A stretch of DNA of 63,200 bases, counting the filler, from Neolecta irregularis DAH-3 (taxonomy: Eukaryota), in assembly GCA_001929475.1 (NCBI GenBank). It is 13 parts of 13 records of this genome, joined end to end, with 100 filler letters (N's around TTAATTAATTAA, not from the genome) between each part and the next. Parts side by side here need not be neighbours in the genome. Positions count along the whole stretch, not along the records: positions 48,086 to 57,443 come from LXFE01001401.1; positions 57,544 to 60,322 come from LXFE01001402.1; positions 60,423 to 63,200 come from LXFE01001403.1; 10 more parts are not named here. The stretch is one strand, 5' to 3'. Positions 51,058-63,200 of this stretch are shown one piece after another. The stretch's first letter is position 1; each line of letters begins with the position of its first letter. The notes under the pieces are model-generated. The model saw nothing but the letters and a program-made list of their open reading frames with translations, was not told the DNA's origin and ran no database searches. A program made the translations under genes and the position numbers.

Positions 51058-53029
51058 TTACAATTCTTCTTTAACTCGATCTCCAACTTTCTCAGCCTGT
51101 TCTTGAGCTACATGTTCAGCGGCATGTGTTTTTTCTTTGATATAGTCTGCAACCTTTTCAGCTTCGCCGTAAGCAGCCCCACTGGCACCTCGAAGAGTTC
51201 CCTTGATTCGCTCGACGATTTGGTAAAGGCAATCTTGGGCTTTGGAAAGAATATCGTATCCAAAGGATTCCTTGGCCCATTGCGGGGCTTGGTTCCGGGT
51301 TTCTTGGATCTTGGCGAGCATAGCCTCTCGAGTTGAACCTTGGGGAAGAGAAATTCCATGTTGGTCAAGGTACGATCTAACTGTATCAGTAAAGATCACA
51401 TTGGGGACAATACTTCAAGTCGGAATCGCTCCAGTGATCGTACGCCGCGTGGGTGACTCTAGCAGCAGTGTTTGATAACGTTTTGAAAGCCTCTCCACCC
51501 ATAGAACTGGCACTGTTATAATTCTCCGTAGCCACATTGATGAGTTCGTCACGAGATCCAGATTTTGGAATAGTAATGCCATGTTCCTCAAGCCAAGAAG
51601 AAAGTTGTTCGCTATTCCATTCGTGGAAGAAAGATTGATTGACGATCTTGTTGTTGGCTTTGTGCTTGTGCTTTCGAACGGAGGCGAGAAGTTCATCGTG
51701 CTTGTCATTTTGAGGAATCAGAATACCGTGAGCATCGAGATAAGCTTTCAACTGACTATCACTCCAACTAAGAATTAACATAGATCTAGAGGTTTAGTAA
51801 CATACGCAGATACAATTTTGTCAAATTCTTCGCTAGCCTTGTCTGCGGCAGCATTCGAAGCTTTGGAAACTTTGGAGGCAGCAGCTCCATAGGTGTTTGC
51901 AGCTGCATCATTGACCTGTTCGAAGATAGAGTAGGCGGATTCTGGGAAAGTATCACCAGTCAGGTATGCCTTGTTACGTCGGACAAGGGCGAGAAGTTCA
52001 TTTCGTTTGGATCCTTGTGGTACCGGGATGCCATTTTTGTCTGCCCATTCCTTGAGTTGCGAATCGGACCAACTGCAAAGTTAGCACAAACAAAGGAAAA
52101 AACATACGTATCGAAGATCTTTTCATTGACGGTATCTGCCGCATTACCAGCCATAGTATAAACATTATCGGCAGCATTTCCAGCCATAGTATAAACATTA
52201 TCGGCAGCATTTCCAGCCATAGCATAAACAACATCTGCAGCATCGCCGGCATGGTCTTTTCCCGCTTGAAAAACCTTTTGAGTACCATCTGTGATATGGT
52301 CCGAGAGAATGGCTCCTTGTCTGCGCGCTTCAAGGCTTGCCCTTCGGATATTTCGTCGGACCAAGGCAATCATTTCATTTCGGTTGGACCCTTGAGGAAG
52401 TGGAAGTTCATGGGCATCCAGCCAAGCCTGCAGATCAGAATCAGACCAGCTATATTATTGGAAAAAAACGGAGGTTAAAGAGGCGTACGATTGATATAGC
52501 CAATGCCCTGGGGTTCCTGCGAAATTTTTGGCAGTTTCAGCAACGGATGCATATGCGTCGGAGGCGGCGGCTAAAAGAGCGTCTCGAGTGTGGATATCGG
52601 GCAAAGGGATGTGATTATAGTCGAGCCATGCTTTGAGTCCACTGTCTGTCCAACTAGATATGAGCAATCTAGAGAAAGTGGGGCAAATTCCTATCGAAAA
52701 TCCAGTCTTTGACAGAAGATGCTGAATTTTGGGCAGAGTGTTCCATTTTTGAGGTGACGGTATCCCAATGTTTTCCGACCACGTCGATGAGATCTTTAAG
52801 ATCTGCGGTTTCTGGGTAGGGGATATGATGATCTGATAGCCACTAGGGGTTAAAAGCATTGGGAGGGTAGAATACTTTTTCGAGTTCGGGTTCGTTCCAC
52901 TTGTTGTAGACTAAGCGTTGGAAGCAATCAATTTGGGATGGGGTTACTTTTGTTTGTGCCAACCTTCCCCGAGGAAGCGTTTACAGAAAGCAGACATGAA
53001 GCAAGCAGGAACAAGAGTTTGGCCTGCAT
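51058..53029 (-). CDS. msc1: Ish1/Msc1-family nuclear envelope/ER lumen protein
   Basis: Signal peptide MQAKLLFLLASCLLSVNA, YNKWNEPELEKWLSDHHIPYP, repeated W(S/T)DS.LK.(W/Y)LD.H.I..P units, 11-aa tandem repeats, C-terminal KEEL. Confidence 0.9.
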
Positions 53030-53162
53030 AGTGGTGGAATGGAGAGGAAGGTGGAGTAGGCGACGATATGTAGGCGCGAGCGTAGTCACCAGCCACAATT
53101 ATCGCCGTTACGTCATGATGACAACGAGAAAAGGCAGTAATATACAATAAACAAATAAAGGA

Positions 53163-53784
53163 TCAGGCATTTCCCCAGTGGCGCGGCGGGGGGATGTAGG
53201 GATTGTCGCCAAAGCTTGGAGGGAAGGCCAGCCACAGGAGGATGTTGCAGGCCACGCAGGAGAACACGGCGACCAATGCTATTCTGAGGCAGAGCGGGCG
53301 GGTCACGGGGAGGTCTGGGTTGGTGTTGTGCGCGGCAAGGCGGGATTCGAGGGACTCTATGCCCTGGCGGGCCTGGCGGATCTCGTCGTGAAGCTGGTGG
53401 AGGGAGTGGAGCAGTCTGGAGGCGGGCGCCGCGTCTGGACTGTCTGGCGCGGCAAAGGGGTCGTTGGGGGGCGAGTCTGGCGCTTTGCAGGGCGAGGGCG
53501 GTGCGGCTAGGCGGTTTGTAACGGCGCAGATAGAGAGGTACCGAGAGGCGTGGCCGTCCAGGTGCCGGGCGGGCGGATTCTGCAGGGCGGCGACGCGGAG
53601 ATGGCTCTGGAGAGGATGCGCAGGTCTTTCTGCGGGGTAGACTGCGGGATGCGTCTGCGGGAGGGTTGGAGGAGAGAATGGGTGGGGGAGGATGTAGATG
53701 GAGGGGAGGGAGAGGGATGGGAGGGGGAGGGATAACGACGGGAAGGAGGAGGAGGGGGAGGGGGAGGAGGAGGAAGAGGAAGAG

Positions 53785-53825
<41 letters not shown>

Positions 53826-53839
53826 GGAAAAGAGTCCAT
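53163..53839 (-). CDS. Proline-rich coiled-coil protein with C-terminal TM
   Basis: The MDSFPPPP... frame joins the 282-aa frame through a phase-1 GTACCT...CTAG intron (about 53507-53541), giving a coiled coil (LHDEIRQARQGIESLESRL) and a TM. Confidence 0.55.
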
Positions 53840-54209
53840 CTGCTAGGTGTGGGTTGCAGGAGGCGCTGAGCCAGGGCAGCACCCGCAACAGCGACAGCAG
53901 TGCGGACGGAGGACGGGAGCCGCACATCGCATACAGGCTGCTGCAGCGGCATACAGACACAGTCCCGCGGCCGCTGCCGCTGCCCAGAGGGAGACGCTCC
54001 ACGCAGGACACCCCGGCCGCCTACCGCCATCCGCTAGGTACGCCAAATGAAACATCGCCACAATCAAAACAACTCCACCAGCCACAGGCACACCCGTACA
54101 TACAGGACTGCGCCGCATAGCAAGCACCCAACGCCCGCCTTCCGCATCCGATCACTCCCACCAACCACCATCCTCTCGCTCTCTCTCTCTCTCTCTTCCT
54201 CAGTATACA

Positions 54210-54887
54210 ATGGGCTTCATCGACGAACTCAAGACCCGCAACTTCTCCATCTACGCCCAATGGTCTTCCCCCTGCTCTTCCTTCTGACCGTAGGATGGGA
54301 ATCCTTTCCATCATCCTCTGTCTCGCCCTCGGCATCGCCAACTTCATCGCAAACCTCATTCCCCTAAAGCTACTTATCGTCATCTGGGGCATCATCACAA
54401 TGCATTCCCCGCTTCTCACCGCGTCTCCTGACTGCCCTAGACTAATGGGCATCGTCCTCATCTTTGTCGAAGTCCCCTTCCTGCTCCGCATCTGCCCCAC
54501 AAACGACAGATTGTACCCTTCCTGCCACCCTCTCTCATTCACGCGCTAGCGACGACTTTATCCGCAAATTCAGCAACAACTGGTCCCGCGCCGTACCCCT
54601 CTCCCCGCACCACCCCTGCTAACAACCAGGGCATCTACACCGCGTATCTCGCTCAAACGTATTCACTGACCTTCCAGCTTTGCCATCTTTGAATTCCTCT
54701 CCACAATCCAAAAATCAACCTCTCTTGTCGCTGTCGGCGTCTTTGAACTATTTGCCGCGCTTTTCTACGGTATGCCCATCTTTTATTTCACATCTCACAT
54801 TCAGCTATTGCTGCTTTCAAAGGCCAGGAATTCACTTCTAGCTCTGCTCTCGGAGGCATGGGAGTCGCCCAGCGAATGGTCGTCTAA
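54210..54887 (+). CDS. tvp18: Golgi membrane protein Tvp18, 7 exons
   Basis: ELKTRNFSIYAQW, LCLALGIAN, IFVEVPFLLRICPT, KGQEF..S..LGG.GVAQ; six introns of 31-39 nt. Confidence 0.93.
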
Positions 54888-55035
54888 TCAAACTTGACTT
54901 GTGATGCTATTGTTTCTATATTCTCGAATGGCGGATGTATATCAATCTATGCCTTAATCAACCGTCTCTAGCCCTTGCATATTATCTGAAACCAAAGAAT
55001 CCTATTCTATTGACAATATCTCACGGAAGCCGTAA

Positions 55036-56663
55036 TCAAGGCACAAATCTAAACCCAGGGGCTGAATCTCCCATCTCGGACGTGTTAATTTTGTCATGCA
55101 GTACAGGCTTTCCATGTAACTCGTCCTTCCTCTTGTTTTGCCAACGCAACAAAAGTGACAAGAGCAATGAAAGTATCGCAGCCCATAATGCACCACCAAG
55201 GCAAATAGCAAACCCCTTCTTGTAGCGCGGCGCATCAGCGCGCGGGAATATACGAGTCCCAATGATACTAAAAATATGCCCTAGACAGATTACCATTGGC
55301 GTTGCAATCGTGCGTTTCGTTTCTGTCGCAGCATTATTCGCCACCCATGATAGTGTTAGCGGAATCCCAGGGTACGTCCCCGACACAATAAGAAACGTCG
55401 CAAAATATCGAACATGATCATTGTGGTGTTCAAAGGAAAGAATCGCATATCCTAGAGCAGAGACCAGAGCCAGAGGACAGATGTGGAACCCTCTGTTGCG
55501 AACTCGATCTGAATTCCACGCGGCAAGCAACATCACCACAAAAGCTTCAGCATCAGTCCATCCCACTCTGCTCACCTACCGACAGAATAGGGCGGGACCG
55601 AGAACAACTGTGCCCTGGCATTCGAATAGCCAAGACTCTTGACAATCGTCGGCAGAAAAGTCGAAATACTTGACAAAGCAACATTCAAGCCTTGGTATAC
55701 CAAAGCACACATCCAAACTTTGTAATCTTTCAAAGCCCAGAAAATCTGCTCACGGACAATAGTATGTGGAGCCTCGGCAGACGATTGCCGGTTCATTCTT
55801 TCAATCGCAAGGGCTCGCTCCTCTTCATTAAGTAATCGAGTTGTCTCTGGACGACCAGGCAGCAAGAGGAAAACTGCAAAGTTTGCTGTGAACCAGACTT
55901 TAAATATACCTAAAAGACCCAACGCGATGGTCGGGGTACCTTCAATCAAAAAGAGAATCCTCCAAGTCGCAATGTGCGATTTTATCTTTGAAACACCATA
56001 GGCGATCAATCCTCCAAACGCCCCCGCCGCCGCTGCAGATCCTATAAACAACGAATTCCGCAGTCCAATTTCGTCTCGAGTATAAAAGAATGAATAGTAT
56101 ACAGTCATCGATGGACCACTGTCTATCAGAAACACACATTTCTTAAAATAACATACAATCCAGCTTCTGCGATACCAAGACATACTCGAGCGGCCGAGAG
56201 CTCTGCAAAGTTAAAAGTAGCGGCATGTAGAGTCGATGCTGTGCCCCAGATAATCGTGCAAACGGCGATCCAAGTCGACGGGTCAAAGTATTTGACGCCC
56301 AAGGTAACAGGCAATCCGAATATAACATACGCGATATAAAACATACTTGCGATCCAATCGAATTTATTAGAATCGTTGTTCAGAATATCTTTCTCGAGCC
56401 CCTGCAGCTTTGCGTTTCCAAGATTCGATCTGTCGAGATACGCTGACCCATGGTTAACAAGAGAACCAAGAGGGTGAATAAATACCAGCTAAATACAACA
56501 GCATGGTCAAAGGCATAATCACCATATCCAGTTTTCGAACAAGTTTCTTCTCAGCGAGTTTCTTTTGCTCACGGATATATTGTAGTGCTTCATCATGACC
56601 ACTGTGCGCAATCGAATCTTTGTCATACGAATACGAAACAGTGCGTTTGAGTTCCTGCATCAT
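55036..56663 (-). CDS. MFS transporter, anion:cation symporter (Tna1/Dal5-like) family
   Basis: EKKLVRKLD..IMP, YLDRSNLGNAK, R..LGIAEAG, FYTRDEIGLR, AFGGLIAYG, WRILFLIEG, AQLFSVPPY, FRFVP. Confidence 0.93.
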
Positions 56664-57543
56664 TTGGGCCCGAGAAGAATGTCTCGGTCTGGATTCTCCA
56701 TTTTATAGCTGCATCTTTGGCGTTGAAATTATTGGTGTGAAATCAGGAGAATGTAAAAAAGTCGTGCTACTTCGACCCTTGTTTTATCGTATCCTCGTAG
56801 GAAAGGAATGATGACGCTATAATGAAGGGCATGACCCCGTGAACTTGTCTAGATTGATCTCCGGTGAATCGCGTCCTTTTCCTTTCCAACACACTAGTAA
56901 GATATACTGATCAACAACCACACCCAGATTTTACTCGCACTTCCAATTGTCTGGAATATTTCTGAAATATTTTTTTCCGTCAGTCACTCTGATTACTTGA
57001 TATCTCGACGGGGGAGAATGTAAACTAAATTTGGGGTTTGTTTAGTACGATCAAATGACCATTTTTTAACGGCGGCTTAAGCCTTAAGTATTGTAACATC
57101 CTCATGTGGTTTTGAATGGCCTCAAGGTCAGTTATTTACTCGAATATCCCTTGTTATTCCTCCCATTCGCTTTGTTTCAGAAAAACGATAGTACGGCCAG
57201 TAAATGGGACTCCTACTATCTATGAATGACTGAAAAAGTATACAGGGTTCCTGTCGGCAATAGCTTGGACTAGCACATGAAGAATATAGATAAGCGAAAT
57301 ATAACGACCGGAAGAATCCGATTGTTCCTTAGACACACCCCCCTGTATTTCTAAAGAGACCATATTGCAATCAAGATACGGATTCAAAATTCATCGATTA
57401 GAAAGAATGACGATGGCGTTTAGATGGCTCATAAAATGAAAATNNNNNNNNNNNNNNNNNNNNNNNNNNNNNNNNNNNNNNNNNNNNTTAATTAATTAAN
57501 NNNNNNNNNNNNNNNNNNNNNNNNNNNNNNNNNNNNNNNNNNN

Positions 57544-59350
<1,807 letters not shown>

Positions 59351-59414
59351 GTAGGCTAGGCTATTTGTGCGAGTTTAGTTCATGCAGAGGCAAAAGGCAA
59401 TTCAATAGTATTAT

Positions 59415-60113
59415 TCAATTTGAATCCGAACAAGAATCTTCCCCCTCATCTCCATCTACAAGTCATCAAAGGAAAACTTTCAAACATACCATCAACCACG
59501 TCTGGTTCCATATTGAATGTTAGTTCTGCATGACGCAGGACCTTGGTTAATTCCGTCTGCGTATAATCCGCATAATCAATAGGTTTCCTCTGCTGTTTAT
59601 TCTTCACTCTATTCTATTCAGTTAAATTCAGTTTGTAAATATCACCGTGGATCAGCACCGGCGTCGAGGAGTATCTCCACAATCTAAAGTGAGTTGAATT
59701 TCTTTACAATGTACCCGAAGGCCTGTTTCTGGGTCGTGTTTGGCACAGTATACGGCTTCGTGTAATGGTGTATTTCCTAGTATAAGCCGTGTCGATTCAT
59801 TCTTCATACTTTCAAATTTGTCGACCGGATCGACTTCTAGTCCTTCTTGATCAAGCAGTATCTCTACACATTCGTAGGCTAGAGAATTAATACAGACCCT
59901 GTTAATTGACCTTCATCCGTAACGCGCAGCGATATGAAGGGCTGTCCGTCCAAGACTATCCGACGACCCATTCAATAATCGAAGAGACCGACGTTTGTCA
60001 AGCGTCTCTTGCAACAATTCAATGTTATTCTGACGACAAGAAGCGAGCAGACGTTCACCTATACTTAGCACATCCCTCGAATACATACCATTAGACGCCC
60101 CTTGACTCGACAT
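59415..60113 (-). CDS. Ankyrin repeat protein (YCR051W-like), multi-exon
   Basis: GASNGERLL.SCR.NN.ELL, D.LGRTALHIAA.YG, LLDQEGLEVDP, NTPLH.AV, LLDAGADPR.KNK, acidic tail. Confidence 0.88.
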
Positions 60114-60422
60114 AAAGGTGAGGTTGCGGGTCTAGCGTGGACCACGGTCCGGGTAGCGTTCTTATTCCCCTTTTACACCAAAAATGTCATGGCGGTGTTA
60201 CATCTGTTGCAGACCCCTTTTCACGTTAAATAAGCGCCATTCATCNNNNNNNNNNTCCCCTTTCCACGCTTACCCCTGCTTGCTCCTCGACGACCTCGCA
60301 AACGTAAAAATTGCAGACTTTGNNNNNNNNNNNNNNNNNNNNNNNNNNNNNNNNNNNNNNNNNNNNTTAATTAATTAANNNNNNNNNNNNNNNNNNNNNN
60401 NNNNNNNNNNNNNNNNNNNNNN

Positions 60423-61170
60423 CCCGCCCGCCTGTCTCGCTCTCCGACCCGTCCATGCCTCCTCTCCTGTCCCTCCTGCCTGTCCCATCCCGCCCACCTG
60501 CCTCGTGAGCCTTGCCTACCCATCTCTCTTGCCTCGCCAATCTTTCCTGCCCGGCTCACCCATCTTTCCCGTCTCGCATAATAGTTTGGCCTGTTTGGCC
60601 TGCCCACCTTGCCTGCCTGCTTGTCAGCTCCTTGCTGATATTTAAATAAATATAAAGAATTATTTACATAATATAGTAATTTAAGCTTGCCTTTTAATAT
60701 ATTCCTGCTCTGCCCTGAACGCCACCACCCGAAATGGTTGTCACATGTTCGGCCCGGCCCGGGCCGCACCCTCAGAAAAGCCCATGGGCTTCGGCCCATC
60801 CCCAACACTGGGGCCCCGGCGGGAGAGGCGAGAAGGCGGGCACCTAAGTCCTGTCCCGCCAACCCATCACGCGCGTCCCTCGCCCGTCTCGCCCGTCCCG
60901 TCCTGCCTCGCCTATCTCGCGCGTCCCTCCCTCCTCGCGCATCCCACCCGTGCCTCATCTCCCTTCCCTCACGCCCGTCCCGCCCGTCCCGCCCGTCCTG
61001 CCCGCCCTGCTTGTCCCACCTGCTCCGTCTGCCCGCCTCGCTCCCCTTGTCTGTCTCTCTCACCCGCCTGACTTGCTGGCCTTTCCCGCCACTCATGCCC
61101 TGCGCCCATCTCTCCTGTCCATGAAAAAGCCCATGGGCTGGGCTTGACCCTCAAAAAAGCCAATGGGCAA
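60423..61170 (-). mobile_element. hAT-like end (CAGTGTTG from 60810) embedded in GC-rich repeats
   Basis: Homologous to 20922-21031; AAAAGCC(C/A)ATGGGC repeated at about 60776, 61125 and 61155. Confidence 0.6.
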
Positions 61171-61363
61171 ATATTTGAATTTGGTTTGTTGAGATTTGAT
61201 TTGTTAGGAACACTGAATCCAATGAGAGTGGTCCTGAGTCAACCTGACAATTATTCATGGTGATATAAACAAGACAATCATTTCTGAGAAATGTTCATTC
61301 ACAAATCCCATTATCCTCTCATCAACAAATAATCAGTAATGCTGTTCCTTTCTGAGTAGATAA

Positions 61364-62623
61364 TTAAAGCTTGTTGTCGACATCTTCTTTCTCCCAACCA
61401 GTACTCTTCATCTCCATCCCAACCTTCTCAGCATAGTTTCCAAAAGGACATTTATCACGGACAGAAAGATTTGCCTAAATACTGAGATAACCCTTATAAA
61501 TAAGCTTACCATAGTATGGTTCACGCTCCGATGTCCACTTTCATCTGCTCGAACTACAAGGAGAACATCTCGTAACGTGGCATCTTCCGAGAGCGACCAG
61601 TAATCTTTGGCGATTTGCGGAGCAGGAAGCTTTCCCCAGTCATCCAACCTTCCACCATCTATGTCAGATCTACAGGGGTCAGATGGTACGAAAGGGACTG
61701 CTTACAGGCATCGGGTGTATGTAATGACAGCTTCTTCCTCTAGATATCCGACGAATCGATGACATGCACGAGGACTAGATAAATCAACATCATCAAGTAT
61801 AATGGATGAAACCTTAATATGTATGCAAGAAAATAGGCATTAAAGAAAACACCTTGTCCAAGCAGAATCATCAGTCTCATAAATGCTCTAGGTTGTCGAA
61901 TGGTCATGAATGTCATAAGATGCATTCTCTCATTCTCTGATTCGTCCAAGAGGGTCTCAATCCACCCCCTACAAAGATTAAGAATCCATCTCAACCACAA
62001 AGTATATACCGATCTCGGTCCAGCTGCCTAATTGATCGAAGATGTCTGGCCATTCCTCCTACCATGCCAGGAACACCAGCAACGCTCTCTAGAAAGATAA
62101 TTCGGCGAAGCCAATCGCTAGCCGTCATTGTTGATGTGATTGCTTCTTTCTTTTCGCCTATATGGTTGAAACCTTTGTTGATATCACAATACCTGTAGCG
62201 ACACCCTTGTCGTGTTTATAACCAGTCGCTAAATCAAAACTGAATCGAAGAAGTCGGACAGCACTCAAGGCCATCCAGTCCGAGAACGTATGTGCGTTTC
62301 GATGTGCGATTTCAACATGCATTACTGCAAACGTTCAGATTAGAGATCAAGGACACCAACGAACCTTGCTCTGGAGAATATACCGGATGGGAATAAGACC
62401 ATTCTCGAGGTAGCAACGCAACAGGCTTATCCTCGACCTTGACTTGCGTCATTTCTGAACTCTTCTTACTTGAGCTCGGCATATTCAATTGTGTTGCAGA
62501 ACGACGGACATTCTGACCCTGAGATTCATTTCCGCCTGTAGCATAGCAACGACGTGCTAAACCAATATAAATTGGAGGTACTTTCTTTGGTGCTAGGCAA
62601 CGCATAGAATATGTCGCGAACAT
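61364..62623 (-). CDS. aox1: Mitochondrial alternative oxidase, 7 exons
   Basis: [63 protein letters not shown]. Confidence 0.97.
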
Positions 62624-63200
62624 ATTGATGGTCAAAATTTAGCCTGAGAAAGGCGACTTATAACGAAACTGATTCGGGAAGGATTTCGGAAGCGACCGGC
62701 GACTCGGAAAATATCGTGTGAGCGGAAACACCCGAACTCACCATTACAGTCTATAGAACTCAATTATCCAGACCAAGATCACATTGAGAAGAGCGCAAGA
62801 CGCTTATACGGATTGATTCATGCCTGCTTCATTATCCCTTCTACAGGTTTATCAAAGATAGGTTACCAATATGTTTTTCCTTTGCTGAACTATCCAGCTC
62901 GACAAATTCAAGAACTCCGATTTCGGTCAGAGCCTTCGGGTTCTCTGTCGGCAACAGGAACTGTTTCCTGTTGTAAGGATATACCCAATCGGTATACCTT
63001 ACCAATACAGTAATCAGGCGTTGGTGGGTTTACGAGGTTTGGGGGGGTGTCGGTTAAATCGGCGCTGAGCTTAGTAATAAGCTCAACACCGACTTAAGCG
63101 TGTCACACGCAGGTTGTAGCTTAAGGTCGCTAGTGGTTTGGTAGTTGTTGTAGTTGTTGTAATAGATCGGGTGGATATTGGTGAGCACGGTGATATTGGT

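Noticed and set aside
53163-53260. KASH domain
   Set aside because: PPP is followed by six more residues rather than a terminal PPPX
53698-54120. Poly-Glu protein on the plus strand
   Set aside because: Antisense reading of the CCT/CTT microsatellite
60256-60322. Second snf1 copy
   Set aside because: 67-nt near-exact copy of 58015-58081 between two gaps; most likely a scaffolding artefact

Overview
Eukaryotic (ascomycete fungal) genomic DNA made of 13 contigs joined by artificial 100-nt linkers (N44-TTAATTAATTAA-N44), so gene order across linkers is not reliable. The compact gene packing, tiny introns and gene set (Msb2, Per1, Sch9, Mlp1-like, complex I MWFE, Mtr10, Fsh1, GH47, GT25, Fex1, Dpb4, Sld3, Trs65, Trm8, APC permease, Cus2, USP, Ish1/Msc1, Tvp18, MFS, Snf1, ankyrin protein, AOX) would fit a Taphrinomycotina such as Neolecta; that attribution is inference only. 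Accessory content: a decayed Ty3/gypsy element with a tRNA-Gln-like PBS, several CAGTG-starting hAT-like ends, a probable solo LTR, GC-rich minisatellites, orphan secreted proteins, a zincin-like protease and a mucin-like pseudogene. The most striking signal is the splicing code. When I rebuilt conserved proteins by hand, introns came out mostly at about 30-45 nt, and several use non-canonical ends: three GA-AG introns (Ish1/Msc1, GT25, ankyrin gene), four GC-AG introns (all GCAT donors), one GT-TG intron inside the Snf1 catalytic loop, and about ten AAG acceptors. This suggests a spliceosome with relaxed splice-site recognition. RNA-seq and read-level confirmation are needed.
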